A stretch of DNA of 63,895 nt, filler included, from Reticulomyxa filosa (lineage: Eukaryota; Protista; Foraminifera): NCBI GenBank assembly GCA_000512085.1. It is 26 parts of 26 records of this genome, joined end to end, with 100 filler letters (N's around TTAATTAATTAA, not from the genome) between each part and the next. Parts side by side here need not be neighbours in the genome. Positions count along the whole stretch, not along the records: positions 1 to 1,960 come from ASPP01016625.1; positions 2,061 to 6,040 come from ASPP01043201.1; positions 6,141 to 10,599 come from ASPP01005272.1; positions 10,700 to 13,249 come from ASPP01001089.1; 22 more parts are not named here. One strand, given 5' to 3'. Position numbers and translations under genes: made by a program. A model generated the notes under the pieces. The model was given only the letters and a program-made list of their open reading frames with translations. It ran no database searches and was not told the DNA's origin. Positions within the stretch are counted from its first letter, which is position 1, and the number at the start of each line of letters is the position of its first letter. This document shows positions 1 to 12,759 of this stretch, piece after piece.

Positions 1-1960
1 TTAGGTGTATTGCTTACTTTAGGTGTATCATTCACTTTAGATGTATCACCCACTTTAAAGGTATCATTCTCTTTAGGTATATCGATCATTTTAGGTGTAG
101 TAGATGCTTTAGACATATTGAGTGATTTGGGTGCATTGGTTATTTCGAGCGTGTCGAATGCTTTAGATGTATCGGACGCTTTCGGTGTATCAGTCATTTT
201 GGGCGTATCTGTTATTTTAGGAGTATCGGCCACTTTAGGAGTATTGACCACTTTGGGAGTATCGACCACCTTGGGAGTATCGACCATTTTAGGTGTATCG
301 GTCACCTTGGGAGTATCAACCATTTTGGGCGTATCTGTTATTTTGAGCGCATCGGTCACTTTGGGAGTATCGACTGCTTTGGGAGTATCGGCCACTTTAG
401 GTGTATCAATCATGTTAGGAGTATCATTCACTTTGGGTGTATCTGTTATTTTGGGAGTATTGACCACTTTGGGAATATCGACCACTTTAGGCGTACCAAC
501 TGCTTTGGGGGTATCGGCCACTTTAGGCGTAGCAACCACTTTGAGAGTATCTGCCATTTTAGGTGTATCGATCACTTTGGGCGTATCTGTTATTTCGAGC
601 GCATTGGTCACTTTGGGTATATCGGCTACTTTGGGCGTATCGACCGCTTTAGATGTATCAAGCGTTTTGGGTGTATCGAGTGCTTTTAATATTTCGAGTT
701 CTTTGAGTGCTTCGGGTGCTTTAGGTGTATCAGGCATGCTGATTGCATCGGTTACTCTGGGCGTGTCAGACGCCTTGGATATTTCAGACATTTTAGATGT
801 ATCGAGTGCATTGGATGTATTGAGTGCATTGGATATATCAAGCGCTTTGGGTGTTTTGAGTGTATCGAATGCTTCGGATGATTTTGGTATATCGACCACT
901 TTGGGTGTTTCGAGTCCTTTGGATATGTCAATCGCTTTGGGCGTTTCGAATGCTTTAAGTACTTTAGGTGTATCGGTCACTTGGAGTATATCCAACGCTT
1001 TAGATATGTCGAGTGCTTTCGGTGTCTCAGATGCTTTAGGTGTATCGGTTACTTTGGGTGTATCGAGCGCTTTAGATATCTCAGGCGCTTCGGATGTCTC
1101 AAGTACTTTAGGTATGTCAATTGTTTTGGGTGTATCGAGCGCTTTTGGTATTTCCGACTCTTGGAGTGGTTCGGATGCTTTCGATGTATCAATTACTTTG
1201 GGTGTATCAGGCACCTGTGGTATATCGGGTGCTTTTGGTGTGTTGATCACTTTGGGTGTCTCGATCGCTTTGGATGCTTCGCTTACTTTGGGTGATGCGG
1301 TCACTTTGGGCGTTTCGATCACTTTGGATGATTCGCTCACTTTGGGCGATTCGATTACTATCGGTGTCTCCACCACTATAGGTGTTACTATCACTTTGGG
1401 TGTGAATGTTTCGAGTTCTTTGGACATATCGATCACTTTGGGTGTCTCGGTCACTTTGGATGTCTCAAGCACGTTGAATGTATCGAACGCTCTAGGTATG
1501 TCAATTGTGTTGAGCATATCGGGCGCTTTTTTGCACTTTAGGTTCTTGGTATGGTTCGGATGCTTTTGATGTGTCGTTTATTTTGGGTGTATCGAGCGCT
1601 TGTGGTATATCAATCACTTTGGATGCTTCGATCACTTTGGGTGTCTCGATAACTTTGGATGATTCGCTTACTTTGGGTGTGGATGTTTCGATCACTTTGA
1701 GCGATTCGATCACTATCGGTGTCTCCACTACTATGGGTATCTCTATCACTTTGGGTGTCTCTATCACTTTGGGTGTGGATGTTTCGAGTTCTTTGGATAT
1801 GTCGATCACTTTGGGTGTACCGATTGCTTTTGGTATATCGATTACCTTGGGTGTCTCGATCACTTTGGGTGTATCGATCACTTTTGGCGTATCGATTACT
1901 TTGGGTGTATCGATTACTTTGGATGAATCGGTTACTTTGGATGCATCGGTTACTAGGAGT
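1..1960 (-). CDS. Internal fragment of a low-complexity protein of 18-bp/6-aa repeats (consensus D/E-T-P-K-V-I/A), with one frameshift at T-run 1527-1532
   Basis: The minus strand reads IDTPKVIETPKV...SEPYQEPKVQK. Removing one T from 1527-1532 continues as APDMLNTIDIP...DTPKVVDTPKV towards the window edge. The + ORFs 10..1569 and 1571..2008 are the antisense shadow. Confidence 0.75.
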
Positions 1961-2060
1961 NNNNNNNNNNNNNNNNNNNNNNNNNNNNNNNNNNNNNNNN
2001 NNNNTTAATTAATTAANNNNNNNNNNNNNNNNNNNNNNNNNNNNNNNNNNNNNNNNNNNN
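1961..2060. other. Artificial contig spacer (first of 25)
   Basis: 44 N + TTAATTAATTAA (stops in all six frames) + 44 N. Identical spacers start at 6041, 10600, 13250, 16006, 24548, 27949, 29977, 32437, 35342, 36615, 38332, 40044, 41720, 42926, 44195, 46050, 47641, 53115, 55527, 57269, 58731, 59859, 61135 and 62660. Confidence 0.98.
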
Positions 2061-2558
2061 ATAATAACATTCAAAAAGAATTCTATATACTTGGCAGTGA
2101 TATAAAAAGTAGAATGAAGGGAATTCAAATACCTAGGGGTGCTAATAGACTTGAAAACTGAAAGCTGGAACAAGCAAGTAAATCAATTAATTAAGAAGCT
2201 CGAAGATATACATATATATCATCGTGTAACAAAGTATCATAAGATGGTCTCTGAAATACTACAAAGCGGTGGTTAGACCCATGATGGAGTACGAACTGCG
2301 GACAACCACTCAAATGAAGCGATTGGAGTCAATCCAACATAGATATCTGACAAAAATAACTGGAACATATATAACCACGATAAGGGTAGTTATGGCAATA
2401 AAGGCAAGGATGTATATGGTATGACATCTTACAAAGTAATAACATGCAAAAAAGGTACGTAATGCTAGAGAGGCAATGGGCCATAGAGAATATGGAAAAA
2501 ATACATAGCCAAAGAAAATAAAGCTACACCAAAGAGATATATGAAACTATAAACGAAT

Positions 2559-3034
2559 ATGGTTTACTGGAAGAAAGATATAACTAAGGACCATTGGGAT
2601 AAACTGATACATGAAAAAATACTAGGGAAAGGGTACGAACAATGCATTGACGAGATCCAAACATTATCGTCATGTATATTCCTGAACTGGCCAGAAGTAG
2701 GCTCAAAGAGAACATATTTCAAAAAGAAACAAGACATTGATAAAGAGAAAAACACAACGTCCTTCGCACCATTCGCAAGAATAATAACGGGAACCCAAAC
2801 TTTAACAGGAAAGGAACAGTCAATAAAAAAGTGGAGATACAAACAAAAGTGTGCCCGTGGTGCTTGGATGAATGGCAATGGCCGATAATTCATGCAGTGT
2901 TAGAATGTAACAAGATGGAGGCAATACGTATGAAAATGAAAAGACAAGCAGAAAGTCAGACCGACTTGGGGATGACAATAAGACAATTTTTTGTGTATTG
3001 CAAAAGTGCTTTTTCAAAGAGCAAATACTTGTGA
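2559..3034 (+). mobile_element. Degenerate non-LTR retrotransposon ORF2 C-terminal fragment (CCHC zinc knuckle)
   Basis: ARIITGTQTL resembles RLRTGHxxL. It is followed, in a shifted frame, by CPWC-x8-HAVLEC, the C-terminal CCHC of LINE ORF2. Confidence 0.5.
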
Positions 3035-3130
3035 CACTTAAAAGTGATGGAGAACTGTGAAATTAAAACACTTAATTAAAAATTTCGTTTCGATTTACAA
3101 GCTCAAACTTTCTTTCTCCCTTTCTTAAAT

Positions 3131-3675
3131 TCATAGCAACGTGCAACATGTTTTGGGCTGTTGAATGTCGTCATCAATGACTCTTCTTTCTCAATTGGCG
3201 GACAATCTCATAGTGCACTCTTCGTTATTGATTTGAGCCTTTGCACTCGCTTCAAAGAACACGGTTGTTACCTCTTCCTTCGTCCAGTGCTTGCGCTTGT
3301 CCCATCGACACAGTTCTGCCCTCGGCCAAGTCACATTTATTACCTTTCTCAAATTTCATTACAAAAAAAAAGGTTCAAATTTGAACATTTTTTTTTCTCC
3401 ACCCTTTTTATATGCATACATATATATAATTGCTTGCCAAAACGATAGCGATTTAATTTAATTCTTCTTTTTTAATGCGATGGATTTTTTGATAGATATC
3501 TTGGGCTTGCTGGACGACTTGCTACAGTTGATTGCATATACTAACAGAAATCCCTTCGCTTCTCTTATCCATAAATCAAGCATCGCTGCAAATTCGTCTT
3601 GCAGCCTTGTCCAATATATCCAATGTTGCTTCTCTCCAATCGATTTGCACTGTCTTGCGTTACAAGTTTTCAATT
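3131..3675 (-). pseudogene. Ras/Rap-family small GTPase pseudogene
   Basis: Across frames: IENL*RKTVQID..ATLDILD(fs)QDEFAAMLDLWIREAKGFLLVYAI, then an intron, then GNKCDL (G4), FFEASAK (G5), YEIVRQLRKK and the CaaX end CCTLL*. It has a premature stop and frameshifts; no P-loop exon was seen. Confidence 0.85.
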
Positions 3676-6140
3676 TTTTCTTTTTGCAAAAAATATTCTG
3701 TTAATTAGTCGTTTTTAAATATAATAAATTGTTAATAAATAATATTATGCAAATTTCCAAAAAAAAGTGTAATACAGAGAAAAATAAATGGATATTTATG
3801 TTTGGTTCGTTACTTTAGATGTTTGTATTGTGAAAAAATAAAACCAAACAAAAAATATATGAATTGTATCCCCTTGACTCAGACAACACGCCAGCGAATT
3901 CACATTAAAAGTACAACTTAAAAATCTAATTATACCCCACCAACTATCATAACATGCATCACACTTTTTATAATTATCGTTTTTGTTATTGAGAATTTTA
4001 AAAATATTGTTTTTGATTATTTCGTCAAAATATATTAACAAATTTCATTTTTTATTGAAAAAAAAATTGAAAATTCAAATAAATTCATTCAATTATCTTA
4101 ATTATGTTGCAAAAAATGTATTACAGAAAATAATGTCAATTTTCGAGTGGAACAGCAAACTAAAGAGAATATTGATTGTTCAACATATAGTAAACAAGAA
4201 AAACTAGATATAATTGGAAAAAAATACAAAAACAACGCTGTTTTGATTTATATTTGTTTTTTAACATGACTATTAACTTAAATCAAAAGAATTTGCTTTA
4301 TTGTAAATGATGACAATTTTCATGCCCTTTTTGTTGTAATTGATAAAATCCATCTTCTTATATTTTCAGAAAAACTTGGAGACAAAAGCTAACAATCTAT
4401 TTTCAAAAAATTAAATTTTTCCACCATGTTGTGTCAACAAAAATAAAATTAGTGTGGTTTGATTTTCAACTTATTCTTATTCCAAATCAATTAACTACCA
4501 AGTTTTCTCTATTATCAACAAAAAAATCCTTGATAGTTTTTTTCTATTTTTTTTTAGGAAAAAAACTCTTCAAATATTGACATTATAATTCCAATCTTTT
4601 TTTTTAGATTAAAATTTTATCTTGGAACATTAACTTGTCTTTGTTTGTGAGGGTAAAAAAAAACAAAAAAACACTTTTCGACAAAGTATTGACTTTTGTT
4701 ATTATTATTGCAGTTCAAACTCCATTGACACGTTGCAATAGCGTTTATTCTTTCATTATCATTTGGCTTTGCAATTGTTTTCATTACTAATTTTTTCACT
4801 TTACGAAAAAGCGCTTTAATTTTGCACTTTTTATTATTGTGAACATACACACCAAAAACCTCACTTAAGTAAATGATTCTTTTTTTATTTGTGAAATGAA
4901 AAAGGAGATAACACAAACAGAAAGCAATTGAAAACTCTATGGATTTCTTTAGTTTGTGGTCTGTATTAAAAAGCATTATTATGGCAATACTTTTTATTGT
5001 TTAACAAACTTTATGATGCAAAAAAAGAGATTTTTTAGAAACTGAGAATCATAAATAAATTGTTATATAATTAATATTACAACAAAAGATCTTTATTTCA
5101 ATTAATATTAATCAATTAGCAAAATCAAATAATCAAATATCTCAGCAATAAGATATTCTTTTTTAAATGATGATTAATTCAAATGAATATATGAAAAACA
5201 CAATTAATGATTGGATCATATTCTATTTTTTCATTAAAAATATTTAAAAATTGATTTAAATGTATTGAGACTTGATCATTATGATATCTCTATTTCATAA
5301 AGCAATTTGATAGCCCTTTATAAAAATAAAGAGATAATATGATAATTTTGATGTCTATATTTCGTATTGCAATTTGAATATTACAAATATATTTGAAAAT
5401 TCAATTGGATAAATTGAGACTGGATCATTAAAAGAGAATTCCATATATTAATTTATTATAATGAAAATGACCAATTCCAAGAAAAAATATTAAAAGTGCT
5501 ATGAAAATATATTGTCAATTTATAAATTATTAGGTCAAACTAATAAAAAAAAACACAAAGTAAAAGCAAAATATTGTAAGGAATAAATGTAAACAGATTT
5601 TTGTGATAATATTTTTTCAACATCTTTATTTTCAAAACATATCAGAATAAACTATTTCCATTTAACATTGAATTAATTGGCTTAACATTGCAAACATCAA
5701 TCATTAAATGAGGATAATGCATATCTGGAATATGTAGATAAACATTTGAATATTTTGATTAGTATTTAAGAAAAGAAAGAACAAATGAACTAACATAATT
5801 GACAACAAATTTGTTAAAATCTTTGATAAGATTTTCCTGTTCACAAATAAATCCAAAATTTACAAAAATCAATCATCATTGCTATTTGTTCTTTTTTTCA
5901 ACCTGCTTGCACTTGCAAAGGAGAACTAGAAAATTCTTACACTGAACTATTTTTGGACATAAAAACTTCTCAACTTCTTTTTGTCCGAAGATTTAGTTAC
6001 CATTTGTTTTGTTTCATGTGCTTCCCTCCCCTTCCAAGAANNNNNNNNNNNNNNNNNNNNNNNNNNNNNNNNNNNNNNNNNNNNTTAATTAATTAANNNN
6101 NNNNNNNNNNNNNNNNNNNNNNNNNNNNNNNNNNNNNNNN

Positions 6141-6177
<37 letters not shown>

Positions 6178-6179
6178 AG

Positions 6180-8051
6180 CAAATGAAATGTTTCGACAAT
6201 AAGTTTGTTTGCAAGTACAACGTTGATATGTAATGATAATAATAATAATAATAAAAATAATAAAACAAAGCTTGCACTCCTCAACAATGCCAACTCAATG
6301 GCGCATCTTCGGCCTCTTGTCAAGGAAGTGGAACTAGCCAAAAATGTAGCTGCAACAGCAACAGCTACTACTTTGCGGACCGAACGTGCAACAAAGTTCC
6401 CCCTCCTGGAACCTGCTATGCGTACTGGATTAAAAACGACACCACCAATGCTCGCTATGTGCAGTTCGAATGGGACGCTGCTGCCACCGACAGAGAGCAC
6501 AAGTATCTGCTCAGTTACTACACAAGGTCCGGAAGTTCGGATCAAGTCATCACTTCTGCTCGCACCAAAACCGTGGCAGATTACGATTACTCGCGAGGCC
6601 CACACGCTTTGGCAGGGACTGTTCAAACTCAAATCATCGGAGCTGATGGATTGTCTGCATATTCTTCCTCACAAGATTGCTATCGTTAGTTTCACTTTTT
6701 TCAAAAAAAAAAAAAAAAAAGGTGAAAGAAAAGGTATTGATTTGATATGTTGTGTCCATGTTTTTGCAGCTGTGACCATGGCACCAACTGCTGCGCCAAC
6801 GTTTGAGCCTCCTTATGTCTACGTGTCAGGAGATATTTGCAGTCAAGACCGATGCTCATGTGCGAACAAAAATCCATACAATTGCACTGGACATGATATT
6901 GAAAAAGATTTTACGTTGAGTTGTTTTTTCCTCTTTTTTTTTTTTTTAAAAAAATAAAAAAATAAAATGGAAAGGAGTTTTATACAATACATATACATAT
7001 ATGTGTATATGTATAATAATATGTGTAACAGTGCAGATGACTTGAAAACACAATACGTAAGCATTCGCAGAGTGCCTGGAGCTTATGACCACGTGGTGTC
7101 CGTATATTGGGAAATTACGTATAACCCCAATTATATTTACAACTACACCAACAGCACCCATGTTTAGTAGTAACAAACAACAACGTATAATGATTCATTT
7201 GTGTCGGTCGTTTTACTTTTTTTAAGCCATTTCTTTTTTGTTGTTTTTGTTAAGACTTCTCGCAGAAGACAATTGCTGGCTTTGAACGGAACCAATTCCA
7301 CCTCCAATGCAACCACTGACATTGGAATTAATCCGACCAGTGGAGTTGTATTTTTCAACGAAAGTGAATTTGGTATGTTAATTTGTAAACACTTGTGTGT
7401 TTACAAATTTTTGCAACGGTATACGTATTTATAAAAAAAAAAAAAAGACAAAAAATCGGCTTTATAATCGCAAAGCAAGCGGCCCCACCTGGAGGTGATA
7501 AATACAAATGGTATACCCTGAATATCACACAATGCAACAGCTCACTTCGCACCGATCATTGCACGCCCGTGTATCCATCGGTGTTGAGAATGAAAGTGGA
7601 CATAACCGGTGGAGGTGATAGTCTCACTGAAACGAAAACACAAAAGGAAATGCCAAAATGGCTCTGGTGGCTGATTGGAGGATTGGTCATTTTCGCCGCA
7701 ATCTTGGCTTTGTTGGGCTATCGTTACTGGTGGAAACACAAACAGACTTCAAATGAACTCCTTGAAACCGAAGATGAGTTGGAACATGCCTTGGAAGAAA
7801 ACGAACTTGGCTTTGGCCGAGACTTGGGTGTTGGTGATGTACAGTTCAATCCTATGGCGACTGGTGTTCCTGGACAAGCCAAAGCTCCTGAGCTGTTTGG
7901 AGGAGAGCTGGACAAACGAGGCAAAGATGCAGCCAATGTACGTGCTGACGTCGCTGTCGAGAAATTTGCGCACAGAGAACAATTTGGACAACAACAAGGA
8001 ATGAAACGTGGAGGTGGAGGTAATGACCTGTCCCAGCCTTTGTTGGGATAA
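6180..8051 (+). CDS. 3' part of a multi-exon type I membrane adhesion protein: EGF-like, FN3-like, PT linker, Calx-beta-like, TM, cytoplasmic tail
   Basis: Exon ~6271-6684 reads CTPQQCQLNG..CQG..KCSCNSN..TCNK then YVQFEWD..KYLLSY. Later exons give TMAPTAAPTFEPP, VSIRRVPGAYDHVVSVYWEIT and SGVVFFNESE. The TM is WLWWLIGGLVIFAAILALLGY and the stop is at 8049-8051. Introns are GT-AG and splice in phase. Confidence 0.75.
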
Positions 8052-9693
8052 TCTCCTTTGCGTAATTTGTAAAAATAAAATAAAATAAATTATTGTCCAT
8101 TGTCTCCCCCTCTTCAGCACAGAGATTCTTTTTTCTTAATATTTCTTTTTTTTTTTTTTTTTTTTTTGATCTGGCAGAAACAAAGCCAAAATGAAGTAAA
8201 GATACTGTGGTTTTGTCACTATCTATTGAACATAAGGCCATACAATAATTCTGTCGTGTTTTTTCTCGATTTTGTTAAAAACTGACTTGTGAGCCGTTTC
8301 ATTGTGCAAACAGTTTTTAAAAGTCTCCAAAGTCAAACACTTGTTTATTCACATACTGTGTTGAACATTATGGCAACAACTCAAAACAAAGGCAATATAA
8401 ACGAAGAGAATATATTCTTTTGAACCAAATTATATGAACTTCGTCACTTACAACGTATTCGTAGAGACGTAAAGCAGACAAAAAATCCTACAAAGGCTTA
8501 AACGTGTTTTCGCAAAAAGCAGATAACTATCAATGAAACATGTGAGAGAATTTGGGGTAAATGTTGATGTTTACAACATATACAGATTGTAAAAATGGCT
8601 GTCACGCACAATAGATCATCGAAAAAATTATACTTTGTGAATGATGAATTTCAAGCTTTAACGAAAAACATTCGACAAATTTAGTATAACTGCTTTTTCT
8701 GGTTTTTGTCATTAATACATTCAGAAAAATTGACAAAATGCAATATGTCAAAAAATATAACGAAAATATTCTAGAAAAATATAAATTGATTGATTGTATT
8801 ACAAATATATCAGTCGTTGACTAGTGTTTACTTTTAGTTCGTCAACTCGAATATAACAAATATTTACAACTGTGGCTCTTCACTATACTTCTAGCTTTAA
8901 GAACTGTGACAAATAGCATCTTGTTGTTTGTAAATTGTCAAAAAAAAGCGTCAACATGACAGATAAAAAGTTTTAAAAAACGGAACTAAGCCCTTTTTTG
9001 GACGTTTAGTGGTTTTTACTAAAAGACAAACAAAAATTGTATTTTTACAAAAAATGTAATATACTCGATTGCATTCTTCATATTCAAACACATTACTAAA
9101 AAAATATTTGACAAGTCGTCAAAAAGGGGTGTAGTTTCGTTTTTTAATTTTTTTTGTCTTTCATGTAGAATCTTCAACTGTCTTAACAAAGAAGAACTAG
9201 CAGTTGCCAGTTTCAAAATTGAAGAAAAGATTGTGAGTCTTTCAGTTGTAGTTTTGGTCATATTCGTACTTTTAGTTTGTCAGAGACTAACTGTATGTAT
9301 TTCTACTAAAGCACAAATATAACATTGTACGAATAATCAAACTGTGAGATGCATTATAACTGAGAAAGTGTTGAGTAGATTTTCGGCTGTCTTTCTACAG
9401 ACAAAATTTATATAGTTGTAGTTCTGTCAGTTTGTTGTACACTTTTAAACCTTAAGTTTCTTGAAAAAAGGTCTTTTTTAAAAACTCGTTCACGAACCTT
9501 TTTTTTGTACCACTTTCCAGACGTCTTTCGTTTTTTTTGCTTCGCTTTTCGGTGGTATAGTATACGTTCTCAAAACTACTTTGCGTTTGTTTACTACACG
9601 TCTAGATTTGGGACGAAACTGACTAAGGTTTAAAGTTTTTTTGTGAAAAAAAAAAATTCGCTCTAGTATTTTTGTGGTCCTTTTCATTAAAGC

Positions 9694-10553
9694 ATGCAAC
9701 CGAAATTATTACTAGCAGTGGGCTTGGCAATTTTGACGTGGATACGGTTTGTAGACGCTGCAAGTATGTATAAATTTGTGTTGTTGTTCAAAAGCTGATC
9801 GATCAAACAAGCAACACAAATAAACTGGGAAAAACATAGACTGTAAGTCATTTTCTTCACAATCCTCATGTGACTCTGTGACTGGATGCTATTGGCAAGA
9901 TGCACGATGCAGTTAAGTTAATAGGACACAGTGGGTCCAAATAAAAAAAAAATAATAATAATGAAACCACCAAACAACAAAAAAATGAATAAACAGCATG
10001 CGCATCGAATGTGACAATGGATGTGGTATTCACAATTGATGCCAGTGGCTCGGTGGGAAAGAGCTCTTTCCAAGTGGCATTACAATGGGTTTCGCAAATC
10101 ATTGACTCAGCTTTGGTCCACGATTCACGTGTGGCATTCATTCGATTTGGCAGTACATCAACGCTTTTGTTAGACCTTGTTGAGTCTGAATCCTACACAC
10201 AATACCAGCTTGAAGCATTTGCTATGAACATTAATTACACCGGAGGAAACACCAATACTGGTATTCAACCTTTTTTTTTTTTTTTTTTTAAATAATAAGT
10301 ACTTTGTAATAAAAAAAAAAAAAAAAAAGAATGTTCGTTCTGTTTTTTTTTTTAGTTTGTTTTTTTTTTTTTCTAAAAAAAAACAAAAAAAAAAAAACGA
10401 ATTTAGCTGCCGCGGTGAAGCAAGCGATAACAATGTTTTCCGAACAGGGCGACCCCTCTGCAAGTTGGATAAATATTTTGATTACAGATGGGGACCCTAA
10501 TGTCCCTGGAGATACCGATGTGTGCTCACAGGCGTCTCGAATGAAAGCAATAG
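9694..10553 (+). CDS. 5' part of a secreted/surface von Willebrand factor A (VWA) domain protein
   Basis: Signal peptide MQPKLLLAVGLAILTWIRFVDA from ATG 9694. VWA motifs DVVFTIDASGSV (MIDAS DxSxS), RVAFIRFG, YTGGNTNT and ILITDGDP. The gene is spliced and runs off the contig. Confidence 0.85.
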
Positions 10554-12759
10554 GTTAAGTGTCGACCTATCAATGTCTTTGATTCGAAAAAAAAAAAAAN
10601 NNNNNNNNNNNNNNNNNNNNNNNNNNNNNNNNNNNNNNNNNNNTTAATTAATTAANNNNNNNNNNNNNNNNNNNNNNNNNNNNNNNNNNNNNNNNNNNNT
10701 TGGAGTTGCAATGCTCCCCTTGTCGTTCAATTGCTTTTGCGCGGTCAAGAGCGTTTCTGCGATCGCCCAAACATTGTTTAGATTCACCTTTGTGCGTGTT
10801 TGTTCTGGGAACACATAAAAACGTATAAAAAAGCACGTGATGGACCTCCTTCCTCTACTGCATTTAAAGCCACATGCACAAATTCTCAAAACAAAACTAA
10901 CTTTTCATCGTCGAAAACACAGGTGAGGTGATCGCCGACTGCTTCCGAAACACTGTTGCAGGTGTTTACAAATGATGCGACGTTTGTGGGGTTTTCGGGT
11001 CGTCACCTGCTTCCGGCGTCAGCGGCGCTGGCAAGTTTGAGATTGACAGGTGTATTAATCAGTCCTTTACACGCGATCGTCTCTGTTTCTCTTTGTGTCG
11101 ATTGTGGTATTCTTTCTCTTATCTTTTCCAATCTTTCACTCAACTCGATTTTGTAATCTTGCTTTTGTTGAAATAACGGAGTTGTCGGCATTTTTTATTC
11201 AACTCCTTCTTGTTGGTGTCACTCTTGCGTTCTTACTTGTACCTTCGCTTCTCTCTTTCTGTTCAAAAACAAGTTTATATGTGTTTTTCCGTTTTCTTAG
11301 CTCGTTTTTTGGCTAACAGTTTTCAGATGCTCAGTTGCTTTCCATGGATTTGCTTGACACGGAGATGTTCTCATTTATTTTTTTTTTTCAAATTCTTCGC
11401 GGCTAACGCAAATTATTTAATTAAAGTTTTTTTTATTTGGAAACTCTCCCCTCCCTTGGCTTGTATCTTCTGTAATTGATCGTCCAAAAGTTTTGATGCA
11501 AAACAGAGTTTTTTATATCAATTTTAACAAACTACAAAAAATTATTAACAATTTTAAAAAATGTATACGTAAAAAGAATAAAAAAACTAAACTTTGAACG
11601 TATAAATATTGCATCCTTATGTACTCGTCTCTATCCAAATGATTGCAACAATTTGGCGATGTTCGGGATCTGTGAAAAAAATTATATCAAACAAATTGTA
11701 TAAATATGTGACCAAAGAAAAAAATGCGAAGTAGTGTGAAACAAAACTTGTTAAAATAATGTGGATCATCAATTTTATAGATTTGTGATAAAAATTTCAT
11801 TACCTTTGCTGTCATAAATTTTTCTTTGTTATTAAATACAAAGTGACCACTTTCATGGTATTTCCAGATTTTTGTGACAGTTCCTTTTTTTAGGAAGATC
11901 TTTCACTTGATAGCTCACCAACATTTCTTACAATTTCAATACTAGTGGCTTAAGTTGAAACGAGAAAAACACAAACGAGCTAGCTTTGTTTTTCTTTCCT
12001 TTTTGACCCTTTTTTTGGAGTTAGTTTTTGTTCACTAGTTTTCTGTTCTTTTAACATGTAATAGAAGGATTTACAAAAATTTTAATAACTGTTATAAATT
12101 TTGTAGATTATTGATTTTTTTTATTTTTATTTTAAAAAAGTTTCATAATATCCAATAAGGGAAAACGAAAAATATTTGTGAACACAAACCTTTTTTTGTG
12201 CTGAACGTATCTTTAATAAGATTTAGTTTGTTAAAATTTCTACTTGACGTCATCGTCACTCACTTACTTCACAATTCTGTCAATGCCCAAACACCTTGCA
12301 AAACTCGTAGTACATTTGAAGATCTTTGTACACAATTAATTTATAATTTGCTTCGATGTTGCCAAACAGATGAAAAATATTGCCTCGCTATGTACCTCTG
12401 GTAATTTACAATTTGAAAACACTTTTGGAGAAGATTTCGTTACGCAAGAAGCCAAGGCCAAACTCCGAAAAGAAATGATCAAATTGCAAAAAGAATTGGA
12501 CAATAAAAAGGTGTACTTTTTTGTGTCGTACATTGCTTTTTTTTTTATTAAAAAAAAAAGGGATGACAATGGTCCCCTTGTCTATCCAGCAATATATTTT
12601 TTGTAGTAAATCTTTATCCTTAATAATAATAATAAACAATGACAGGAAGTGAACAAGATAACATTGTACATGAATATCCTTGAATTTGATCCTTTAATAT
12701 TACTACAATCTAATAACAAAATATTTGCAGGTGAAGCCCATAAAATAGCGCTGGACACC

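Noticed and set aside
1527-1532. Programmed ribosomal frameshift
   Set aside because: A one-base homopolymer error is simpler, and no stimulatory structure is evident.
10-1569. 519-aa hydrophobic LGVS-repeat ORF on the + strand
   Set aside because: Best explained as the antisense shadow of the DTPKV repeat. It has no ATG start, and the variation pattern fits the minus-strand reading.
6205-6684. Track ORF 6205..6957 N-terminal half
   Set aside because: Wrong frame. The Cys-rich EGF/FN3-like frame splices correctly, and the track ORF reads through introns.
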